Positions 13,241 to 24,496 of a stretch of DNA of 64,000 bases are shown here, in pieces. Made by a program: the position numbers and the translations under genes. How positions within the stretch are numbered: position 1 is the first letter of the stretch; each line of letters opens with the position of its first letter. The notes under the pieces are model-generated. The model saw only the letters and a list, made by a program, of their open reading frames with translations. It had not been told where the DNA came from and searched no databases. Where the stretch lies: assembly GCA_951406725.2 (NCBI GenBank), contig OX597817.1, positions 97,836,001 to 97,900,000 of the forward strand, written 5' to 3'. The DNA is from Octopus vulgaris (Eukaryota).

Positions 13241-13856
13241 ATGTGTAATTGTTAAAAAGGACAACAAACATTAAGGCAAGGCAAACATCTCAAGTCATAT
13301 ACATTATTATTATTATTATTATTGGAAAAAAAATTCAAATCTTACAGCTGTTTTGGGGATATCCCAGAATATGGGATATCCCGTCATCAGAGACAAACAG
13401 GGAAAATGAGAAGGGTATAGATTAATGAAATGATGACATAGAGGACAGGAGAAAAGGAATAATGAGATGAAAGAAAGAGAAGAAAAAAGAAACATAAAAG
13501 TTCACAGTTCAACTTTCCGAACTTGTAGAAATAAAGGTGTAATCCTGTGTAAATCCACGTGGGTTAAAGTCCTGATAGTGTAAATGTGCTTATTTCTACA
13601 AGATCAGAAAGCTGAACTGTGAACTTTTATGGTTCTTTTTTTCCTTCTCTTTCTTCATCTTATTCCTTTACTCCTGTCCTCTATGTTGTCATTTCATTAA
13701 TCTATACCCTTCTCATTTTCCCTATCTGTCTCCGATGATGGAATAGCCCAGGAACAGCTGCAAGACTTTGAATCTTTTTTCCAATAATAATAATGTATAT
13801 GACTTGAAATGTTTGCCTTGCCTTAACGCTTGTTGTCCTCTTTAACAATTATATAT
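13241..13856. repeat. Fold-back element with ~270-290-bp inverted arms and a hammerhead core in each arm (Penelope pLTR-like)
   Basis: 13241-13534 is the approximate reverse complement of 13590-13856. Minus strand 13340-13393 reads TCT-CTGATGA-[CGGGATATCCCA/TGGGATATCCCC]-AAAACAGCTGTA-AGA. Confidence 0.9.
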
Positions 13857-13990
13857 CTGCTATATGCGAAATCTGCAATGACTCCATATCTACTGCCTTG
13901 GCTATAACCTTGGAGCCCTAGTAATCCATTACAGCATTTACCTAGCATACCTAGTCGTTTAGAACACCTGTGAACTAAACTCCCATATTT

Positions 13991-14023
<33 letters not shown>

Positions 14024-14147
14024 GTATAAAAAATATATATAAAAATACAAAATGGGACAAGAACGCAAAACATTCAAAAAACGGACGGGTCATTTGAAGC
14101 CTCTAATCTTTAGTCAAGAACCAGATCATCCTCGCAATTTTGGATGA

Positions 14148-15236
14148 CCGTATATACTTGATCTCATGTAAAAGTTCAACCCGCTATTTTGGGCCAAAAA
14201 GCAAAATTTTCCATAGACCCTGTATAAAAGTCAACCCTAGTATTTGTGAACAGGACAACATTTGTGGGCCAAGGTACTATATCATTTTGTACATAGAAAT
14301 AACACTGTTACAAAATTGTGTGGCTACCTTGTTGTAGCCTGATCTTTAGGTGGAATGCTTGGTGCTTATAATGGAATGCTCAGTGCTTATAATAGTGAGC
14401 ACTACACATCTGTTGATGGGTGCTACATTACTAAAATGTATGTACAGGATATGCTGCGAGCCTGCATACATCTTGAAGCACAATAAACACATGCACCATA
14501 CACTTGTTGTTTACATGGTGAGAAACATGTTTCACAGACAGCACTATTGGCAAACACTGGCAAATGCCACTGTTTGAATTTGTACAAAGGCATGACTTTG
14601 GTAAGCCTAAAAGCTTTCAATTAATCACTAGATCAGTGGTTCCCTCATAACCTTTACATTTTCCTCATCTCCAAATACAATAAGCACATGCATCATACAC
14701 TCATCTGTTTACATGGTGAAAAACGTGTTTCACAGACAGCACTATCGGTGAACAACAGCAAGCACCACTGTATGAATTCGTACAGAGACATGACTTCCGT
14801 GAACTTAAAAACATTTAGTTAATCGCTAGATCAGTGGTTACCAAACTTTTTTTGCCACAGAATCCTTCGACATTATTTTTTAAAATGTGGAACCCCTAAT
14901 AACTTTCAGGGAACCCTGGGGTTTTGCGGAACACATTTTGAGAATCCCTGCTCTAGATTAACAACTCTACACCACATTATGAACATTTACTGGTAACTGC
15001 ACATAAGAGCTAGGACACGTGTTTTGATGTATAGAATTGGTAATATTACTGTAATTCATTGTGTTGTTGTTTTTATTCACTTAGAGATCAGTTGGGCTTT
15101 TGCTGCTGATATGGTACTTCAGATTCTAGCTTGAATTTCAGTCCCTCAAAAGTAGTATCCATGTAATAGTCGATCTCATAAATTTGACCTGAAAAAATGG
15201 TCTAAAGCATTCTACTTTTACATAAGTATATATGGT
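14148..15236. mobile_element. Non-autonomous pogo/Tigger-like element with an internal ~200-bp tandem duplication
   Basis: Termini are CCGTATATACTT...ATGTAAAAGT and ACTTTTACATAAGTATATATGG. The segment 14470-14640 is repeated at 14675-14840. Confidence 0.6.
14832..14950. mobile_element. hAT (Charlie-like) MITE
   Basis: TIRs CAGTGGTTACCAAA / TTTGAGAATCCCTG; 8-bp TSD CGCTAGAT / CTCTAGAT. Confidence 0.8.
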
Positions 15237-15239
15237 GTA

Positions 15240-15310
15240 TAAAGGCGGTGCTCCAGCATGGCCGCAGTCAAAATGACTGAAACAAGTAAAAGAATAAAAG
15301 AATAAAGAAT
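15240..15310 (+). mobile_element. SINE 3' fragment
   Basis: AAAGGCGGTGCTCCAGCATGGCCGCAGTC...AGTAAAAGAATAAAAG matches the 3' end of the SINE at 62505-62876. Confidence 0.85.
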
Positions 15311-15514
15311 GGTGTATGTATGTATGTATATATGCATGCATGCATACATGCATACATACATACATATATTCCCGTGCTCATTCATCTGGTGGTCACTGCA
15401 GAAGCTAAGAGTAAATGAGTGATTGTGAGAGCCATCCAAGCCATGTACAGGCTTGGATGGCTCCTGTTTAGCATAGTCCTCTAGGCCATAACCGAGGACT
15501 ATAAAACTGGTTAC

Positions 15515-16410
15515 TTATGGAAGCTCCTCTATACCAATGATGTTGTTCTTATATGAATCTGTAATAGAATTACAAATGAAATCCCAAGTGTGGAAACAAA
15601 ATCTGAAATCAAAGGGCATTAAAGTTAACTTAGCAACAACCAAAGTTACAGTAATTAGGAAAGCAAGCAAACCACTAATCCCTTCTGGAAAATGATCCTG
15701 TTTGATACATAAGAAAGGTGTTGGTAGAAATTCCATATTGAGTACCCAATGCAGGTTGTGGACACATAAGTGCAGTTGAAACACAGGAAGGTTAGCAGAG
15801 AAAGTAGTTTTTGTGAGGGGCAAAACTACAAGAAAAATAAACACAGAATATACAGGAATTAGATTTTCTCATATGCTCAGGAGGGTCCTTTGAGGTAGGA
15901 GATAGCATCTGTTGCCTAGGTAACCTAATTAGTAGTGGAAGAGGATGTTGTGAAAGCATGGATGTTCTTAACTCCCAGAGTGAAAGGCAAACTGTATGAC
16001 GCTTGTGTACAACAGTAATGCTAAATGATAGTGAAATGTGGGCTGTGAATGCAAAAGACATGTGAAGGCTTGAAAGAAATGAAGCTAGCCACTCTGCTGC
16101 TTGTGCAACATCAGTGTGGTTGTTCATCAGCATGCAAATGTGTTGAGAAAAAAAGTGGGTATAAGAGTTATCAGATGTAGTGTTCAACAAAGAAGACTGC
16201 ACAGGTATGGTCATGTGATGTATATGAATGATGACAGCTGAATAAAGGAGTGCTGATCATTAAATATAGATGATGATACTTGTAGAAGAGGATGATCCAG
16301 GAAGACATGGCTCAAAATAGTGAAGGCTGTCCTTCAGTCTCACAGAGTGGATGACAAAGGACCTACTTGATTGGTGATTTGCCATATTTGAGAAGACCCA
16401 CCTATCTCAG
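15515..16410 (+). mobile_element. Old RTE LINE 3' fragment
   Basis: Degraded homology to the RT C-terminus of 16723-18117 (KGVGRNS, CLG, LERNEAS, GHVM). Confidence 0.85.
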
Positions 16411-16519
16411 CAAAAATTATGCCCTAAAAGCATATCGTTTACGTCTATGCTCTTGCACCTGTCAAGCTTTCCCAACAAATCATTTTCATAACACCCATCC
16501 TTCTTTTGCCCCTTTAATC

Positions 16520-18117
16520 CTGGCCAGACGAGGCTGGCAAACAGCCACGATCGGATGGTGCTTTCATGTGCCACCGGCACTGGTATCACAGCTACAATTT
16601 CCATTGATGTTGATCGATTTTGATTTTGATTTTCACTTGCCTCAACAGGTCTTCACAAGTAGAGTTTTGTGTCCCAAGAAGGAAAGGTATGCATAAGTGG
16701 ACTTAGGCCACGGGTTATGGTCTCACTTGTCCTGCCGGGTCTTCTCATGCACAGCATACTTCCAAAGGTCTCGGTCTCTGGTCATTTCCTCGGTGAGACC
16801 TAAAGTTCGAAGGTTGTGCTTGTCCCAGGTTTTCCTGGGTCTACCTCTTCCACAGGTTCCCTCAACCGCCAGGGTGTGGCACTTTTTCACACAACTATCT
16901 TCATCCATTCTCGCCACATGCTCATACCAGCACAAACGTCTCTCTTGCACACCACAACTGATGCTTCTCAGGTCCAACTTTTCTCTCAAGGTACTTACAC
17001 TCTGTTGAGTATGAACACTGACATTACACATCCCTTGGAGCATACTGGCTTCATTTCTTGCGAGCTTACACATATCCTCAGCAGTCACGGCCCATGTTTC
17101 ACTGCCATGTAGCATGGCTGTTTGTACACATGCGTCATACAGTCTGCTTTTTACTCTGAGCGAGAGGCCTTTTGTCCCTAGCAGAGGTAAGAGCTCTCTG
17201 AACTTTGCCCAGGCTATTCTTACTCTAGCAGTTACACTTTCAGCACACCCGCCCCCGCTACTGACTTGGTCACCTAGGTAACAGAAGCTATCAACTATTT
17301 CTAGTTTTTCTCCCTGGAATGTGGCAGAAGTTGGTCTCTGCGCATTTTCAGTGTTGATTGCTCCTGAGCATCTGCCACATACAAAAACTATTTTCCTAGT
17401 TAGCCTTCCTTTGACATTGCTGCACCTCTTATGTGTCCTTAGCTTACACTTGGTGCATCTTATAGAGTTTCTACCTACGCCTTTTCTACAGATCGAGCAG
17501 GGCCATCTACCTGAAGGCTTTTGTGACTTGTCTACCTTCCTACTTATTAGGACTTTGGTTTTAGCTAGGTTGACTCTAAGGCCCTTCAATTCTAATCCTT
17601 GCTTCCACACCTGAAACTTCTCCTCCAGTTCTGATAGTGAATCAGCAATTAGAGCAAGGTCCTCAGCGTAGAGGAGCTCCCAGGAGCATCCTGTCTTGAA
17701 TTCCTCCGTTATTGCCTGGAGGACTATGATAAATAGGAGGGGGCTGAGGACTGAACCTTGGTGGACCCCTACCTCTACCCGGAATTGTTCACTGTACTCG
17801 TTGCCAACCCTCACCTTACTAGCACTGTCCCTGTACATGGCTTGCACAGCTCTCACTAACCATTCATCTATCCCTAGTTTCCTCATTGACCACAAGATAA
17901 GGGATCGGGGGACCCTGTCGAAGGCTTTCTCCATGTCAACGAAAGCCAGGTACAGGGGCTTATCTTTGGCTAGATATTTCTCCTGCAGCTGTTTTACCAG
18001 GAATATGGCATCAGTGGTACTTTTCCCTGGCACGAACCCAAACTGCATCTCATCTAAACTAACTCTCTCTCTAATTAGTTGGGCTATGGCCCTCTCCGTA
18101 ACCTTCATTACCTTCAT
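16520..18117 (-). mobile_element. 5'-truncated RTE LINE with a 464-aa RT/PHD/C-terminal ORF (16723-18117)
   Basis: QFGFVPGKSTTDAIF, AFVDMEKAFD, GVHQGSVLSPLLF and FCYLG are present. The catalytic YADD is changed to YAED and there is no endonuclease. Confidence 0.95.
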
Positions 18118-19399
18118 TATATTGTCAACTCCCCTTTTTATATGTATATTAAACTATTCGGTGTACTTTTTCATCAGATACATACAACTGTCTAGTTGAA
18201 GATAATGGAGAATGCTCAAGGAAGCAAGGCTACTGGAAAGAATTTAAAAAATGGGAGTGAAGATTGGAATTAGTAAAGAACCAATGGTGTGCCTTATTCA
18301 CTAATCACCTTGTGAGATAGGGTGTAGTTTCATTTCATTATCGGCATACTCAAATTATTGTAGTGGCTGCAGTAATGACTGCATCTCATTAATGGGCAGT
18401 CAGCACACCAAAAGCTGGGATATATATTGCTAAGGATAGATGAGTCATAAACGCTCATATCAGGTGGTGGGAGGAGGAACAGGTAAGAGGGAAAAAAGAA
18501 TAAAGACAAAGTAGTTGAGAGTAGTTACTTATATGTACACACATGGATACACTAGTCCATGCACACACACACACACACAAAGAGAAACTACATAGACACT
18601 CTTACAAAGCATATCACTATAAACCTATAATTATGGGCACACATAAACATGTAAACAAATATACATATACATATATATATGTGTGTGTGTGTGTGTGTAT
18701 ACATACAGCTATATACATATGGCCCAATATACAAATATGTATATTTATGCCCATCACATGCAGGAAAAATAAAAGAATAAAATATACTGTAGATATAGGT
18801 AAATCTCTATGGACGAATACAATTGTACAATATTAAAATAAGGGTATAATAACAAGTGTATATGTAAACACACACAAACATACAGACATATGCTGGAAGT
18901 AAATTAAAGGTAACAACAGAAATGAGAAATTATGCAACAAAAAATCTAAAATGAGATAGTTATAAACGCATAAATTCATATGCACAATATGTATATGTAA
19001 GGTTGTTGGATATGTTGAAAAGCAAAACATGAAAACATATAGGTAGTAGGAGTTTGAAAGTAACATGGCAATCAGGTGCAAAAGATGTGGGGAGCATACT
19101 AATCTCAGCCAGATCCCAACATTGCTACTTGGTAATTTAGAATCCATTTAATATACCAGTTAATAAAATTAGATGAAAAGTCTACCAGGAAACATAATTA
19201 TGCTAAATAATGTTAAATAGATAAAGTACAGAACTTGAGGCAAGGTTCCTTATAAAATTTTCAGTAACTACAAGTAAATAGGAATTGACAGAAATTGCTT
19301 CACAAGAATAAGGGTTTTTAGCAGATGAAAGTGTTATGTAATCTGTGCATACACAGGTTATCTAGAGAAGGAATGTGAATTTTTTTAACAACAAATGAG

Positions 19400-19680
19400 G
19401 TGGAATTAACTAGTAATGTTAAATGGGAATTAGGGTTTGTGGTGTAATTTATGTTTACATCTCATAAATTCATCAAATCTATTAAGAGAGTTGTCCTCAC
19501 TGTACATGATCATCATAATTTCTGTAATGCATAATGAACACCTATTATTATAATCACTATAGGGTTTTGCATGTTGAGCAATTAACCATTCGATATTGTA
19601 GTTAACTAAATCCTTTTTCAATTTCCAAATAATTTTAGATAAAGATGTGCAAGTAGCCTAGATTTGAAATTACCAGTAGA
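19400..19680 (-). mobile_element. Penelope-like element GIY-YIG C-terminal relic
   Basis: LSKIIWKLKKDLVNYNIEWLI...AKPY...RCSLCITE...LNR...CKH, homologous to 61470-61670. Confidence 0.75.
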
Positions 19681-20099
19681 CCTTTCCTTCACTAGATAAC
19701 TCATTAGGAAAGGTTACACAATACTTTCCTCTGCTACACACTGTAATTCAACCAAAACTGACATACATCTGGCAGGACATACTTGCCTCATTTATTTCTA
19801 ACCATCTCAAATTCTCTGCATCCAAGGCCCAAGTCACACTACTATATATCATCATTCTTTTATTAGATTTAGAATTATGATTTTAATAGGTCTTTGATTT
19901 TTTTTTTTTTTTTTTTTTTTGTATTCTGTCTGCAAGCATCCTACAATTTGCCCTTCAGTGAGAGGGACAGGCTCTACATTGTCAACAGAAGTAGTTATTA
20001 CTTCCTGAACTTTTACCACCCAGTTCTTACTCTGGCTATTATTCTTTCAGGGGATCCACTCACTTTACTAATTAGGTCAAATAGGAAATAAAAACTACT

Positions 20100-23000
20100 G
20101 ACTACATCTTGGAAGCCTTTTGAGCAGTTGAGAGAACCTATTTTCTGCATGTTCTTTGTCTTTAATGGTTCTGAGCACCTGCCACATATAAAGTTTTATT
20201 TTTCTTGTTAGACTACCTGCGATTTCACAATACCTTGAGTGCTTCTACTGGGCACCCTGTACCAAGGTTGTCAATTCAAAATTTTAAAAGCATTATTTCA
20301 GTAGCTGAGAGGCACTAAATACAAGTGAAAAGTACCAAACACCTAAGCAAAAGGCCCCACAAATTGGTATAAATATCAAAAGCTTTGTATAAAAAATTTT
20401 AGTTATTTAAATGATATTGAAATTACATCTTTTATCTTTTATTTGTTTCAGTTATTAGACTGTGTTCATGCTGGGGAAGCAAACTTTTTACCATGCAGTT
20501 ATGCCTGCACTTAGAATTACTTTTATTTTTACTCCATAAGATTTTCAAACTTTTCCTTATCAATTTCTTTTGATGTACAAGCTGTAGTTTCACACAATTT
20601 GATAAGGATCCATGAATCCAATTTTCTTTAACAGTTTGCTAAGTAGATTATAATCATAATAACATCTACCACTTTGTATAAGTCCATATTTGATGCCTAA
20701 AATTTCTCTTCGTGCTTTTATGCCTAGACAATTATGCTCTTGATTTCATAAAATACATATGGCTAAATATTCTTTTCACATCAGTATGTATATGTGGTAA
20801 AATAAGAAGTGTTAAAGCTAACTTAGACAAATGTTCTAATGGATTTTTCCCAGTTGAATCACTATACAATGATATTTCAATCTAGATAGAAACTGTGTCT
20901 GAAACTTGTGTCCATCATACATTTAAACAAATTTTTCCACTGAAAGTCAGATTTTATCAGAATCTCTGAATCTTCATGCATTGCACAGTTTGTAATTCCA
21001 GGTTTTATTGGTTATAAACATTCTGTTACACTAAAATAACTCACTGATCGTAAAAATCAAAATTTCTCTGGAACATGCTGTTTAATTTGCTCCAAAACTT
21101 TAACATCAGCCTCTTATCTCATTTACTTATTCCTCGGTAAATTTACTCTGTGATTTCTTCTTTAAGCTGAGAATCAAGATATGACTTCAGATCTAAATAA
21201 TCCTGCCCTGAATCATTTTCATTTAGCATTCTTTTCCTAGCGTTATAATTATTGAGCTGAGTAAATCAATGTGATGCTGAAGGTCATTCAATAATTTAGC
21301 AGAGTTTTGTGTTTCTGCTTCAAATCTTTTGTTAACTCTTTCAACATAAGAAACAATTTAATTGAAAAAGAGTAGAAAAATGGTTTTTCTTCTAACAAAA
21401 TTTTTCTACCTGAATTTTGAACAGAAAATTCCAAATTAAATTCTGATTTTGCTTTTATGTAAAAGCACTAACTTCAGCATTGAATTGTGTGAGCATGTAA
21501 CTCAGATTTTCACACTGAAAATAGTAAAAAAGCACTAAAACTAGTGCAAACAGCACTAAATCGGCAATACTGTACTGTATGGAATTTCTACCAACACGTT
21601 TTGCAAACCAAATATGGCCATTTTCTTGAGGGCACCTTTTCTACTTTGCATAACTTTAATATTGGTTAAGTTTACTTTAACACCCTTCAATTCCAGTTTG
21701 CTTTTATGTTCAAAATTTCTTCCAGTCTTCCATAAATTCTGATATTATAAGAAAAAATTCATCAGTATACACAGGTGTACCCACAGACAGCCAGTCTCTG
21801 TTATGACTTGGATGGCTATAATAAACAGGAAAGGGCTCAGGATTGAGCCTTGATGGTTCTGTACCTGTCACAGTGCTCATTGTTAATTCTCACCTTATTT
21901 ACTACATCACTGTACATAGTTTGCACAGCATACACAAACCATTCATTTACTTCTAGCTCTCTTAGAGAACTCCAGATAACAGAGTGAGAAATTCTGTCAA
22001 AAGCTTTCTCCAGGTTTACAAATGCTAGCTTTAGAGGCTTACTCTTAACTATTCTTCTGCAGTTTCTAGAGAAACAGCATCCATGGTACCTTCTTGGCAA
22101 CTTCTGTTCCAAATGAATTTTGCAATTATTTTTTCGGCAACTTTCATGACCTGGTCTATCAACTAGATGTCTCTATTGATTCTCCCCTCTGGTGCATCTC
22201 CTTTACCTTTGTAACAGTTTAAAGTTATGCTGCTATGCCAGTTACCCTATCTCTAATACTGCAGTCAACTTGGGTCTATTCGAAGGAAACTTTCTTCTCA
22301 TGTTCTCCATATTCAACAGCCTCTCATAGTAGCACTTCCATGCCTCTTTCTTCTCATTGTCACTAAGAGCAGCCTATATACACTTCTCTTTATCAAGTTA
22401 ACAAGATAGTACACTCTCTTGTCATTGTGTTTCGAATACACTTCTTTCTGCTTCTCCTCTTGCTAAATGTACCTGTTATCTTGCTTCCCTTCTAGCTATT
22501 TGATATTTTTCTTGGCTATCCTCTTTCTTCTCTTTTACCCAGGCCTATCATCTATAGTCTTATCTACAAATTATTCCACTATCATGTCATTTTTTTCTGA
22601 GGTTGAGGCCATGCTCCAACCACATACCCAGTCTGTAGTTTTCAGCAGGTTGTCCCATAGAATTCTCAGTTTTTCTCTATGAGTTTTTATTTCTTCTTCC
22701 TTCTCATCAGATGCTTGGCAAAGCACTTCCATCACTTCCATATCTTTTCTCCAAACTGCCTTATTTGTCTGGGTTTGTCTAGTTCTAGTTCTGAAATCAG
22801 TTATCATAAACCCATGTTGGTTGGTACATTCTTTACCTAGGAAAGATTCAGCATCAGTCAGCTATCTCCATTGGAGAGAATGAAATCTATCTGACTTAAT
22901 TGATAGGCAGTCATATGGCTGGCTTGTTTTCTGAAGTTAATATTCTAAATGCTTAGGTCATTTGCATTGCAGCATGTCTATTAAAGTCACCAGCTGTAAT

Positions 23001-23280
23001 AGTGATGTTGCTGTCATTCATTACTGAGATAGCCTCATAGAAATAGTTCTGCTTATGTGCCAGGTCTCAGTGTGGTGCATACTGTTGTCAATAACTAACT
23101 TGAACTTGGTTATTCTATCACACACCCTGATTATTATTGCTCTATCCATCTGTTCATTCACTTTCTTCAATCCTTCCAACCATGTTTTTCTTCCTTCTCT
23201 CCCTTCATCCATCCTTCCATCACTTTCTCTCTGCTTAAGCAGTTTCACTGTTACCTCATCTAGCTCTACTACTTTGTTGT
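20100..23280 (-). mobile_element. Old RTE LINE (APE and RT relics) interrupted by a hAT insertion
   Basis: RVCDRITKFKL (APE) and LAFVNLEKAFDRI (RT). The GRNSIQC region is split between 20262 and 21573. Confidence 0.85.
20263..21572 (-). mobile_element. Internally deleted hAT transposon
   Basis: Termini CAAGGTTGTCAA / TCGGCAATACTG and a degenerate 8-bp TSD CCCTGTAC / TACTGTAT. The minus strand reads LSKLALTLLILPH...DVKRIFSHM (hAT dimerisation domain). A SINE scrap lies at about 20425-20510. Confidence 0.75.
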
Positions 23281-23899
23281 TCTTCAGGTAAAGCGGTTTT
23301 GAACAGCCTCTATTGACATGTCCTCATTTGTCACTTCACCTACAGATGATCCACCAAAGGCTTCTCTTTGTTGAAGTTGAACAGGTCCACTGAGTTTGAC
23401 CAGGTCAGCTCTTCTTGAAAACGTTCCACCATTATGACTGATTGTTCCTCTCATTACTACCATTTGACCACATTTACCCTTAATTGGCCACATGAATTAT
23501 TTATTCCAGTCAGCTCTTTTTCTCATCACCCTTCTCTTTGAACCATATCTTCTTGTTTCACCTACAACTCTTTATCACACATTTATGTATGTATTGTCTT
23601 GTTTCCATGTACACACATTAATCACTTTCTCCTTATGGGTTTTTACTTCCTTCCTCTTGTTGATCAGGTTCCATAAGGCTGTGGAAATGCTTCATTGGCA
23701 CCTGATATGCTGACCTCATGATCAGACCCTCTCATGAAGCTTCAAATTGTCCTTCAACATCTCAAGAAATCTGGTCAAAGTTTGTCTGTATTATACCCTA
23801 TAGTAACAATTTAAGTCACTACCTACTACCAAATATGTCCATTTTAGTTGAGTAGATAAAACCTTTTTTCAAGATTAAAGAATTTTTTAATACAAGTTG

Positions 23900-24463
23900 C
23901 AAGGGGTATTTGGGGACACTTAATTATCAGTACATTACTTTCTTCTTCCTGATCTGCCATGGTAGATAAAATGCTAACACAAGAACTGAAAAGGCATGTA
24001 GTTATTTCTGCCATGTATGGAATGAGCAATTTAGAAATTATCAACTTTCTAAATTTTGCAAGATTTTATTGTACAGGTGGAATTGGAAGCTTCTGGCTAG
24101 AATGTTTCAAGTATATTAAAGTGAAAAGAAACATTTGTATGTTATCAGGACACTGCATTTCATCCATCAGGTTCAAAATATTATTGATGACTAGTAGAAA
24201 GACCACTCCTTGATAATATTTTCACATTTGATTCCAATTGCTAATAATTTTCATATTTTACGTCTAATTATTTCTTTGTATGATAATGCTCACTTGCTTA
24301 GTAAATATTGCTTTCATTATTTTATCACAGTCATAATTTCTCATTTTTAAACAAACATCACGGTAGTCCTACAACAAAGGGAGAAGCAGTTTATCAAGTT
24401 TTTACCTTCCCCTCAAAGCAACATAGAGATTTCAATTCAGCAGCCTGTCTGTAAGCTTTGCAA

Positions 24464-24496
<33 letters not shown>

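Noticed and set aside
16723-18117. Active or domesticated reverse transcriptase gene
   Set aside because: It is 5'-truncated, has no endonuclease, and the catalytic YADD is mutated to YAED. The open frame is explained by young age.
18140-18190. Further hammerhead (minus strand CTGATGA...CCGAAT)
   Set aside because: GAAA and stem III are too degraded to support the call; it may be a relic.
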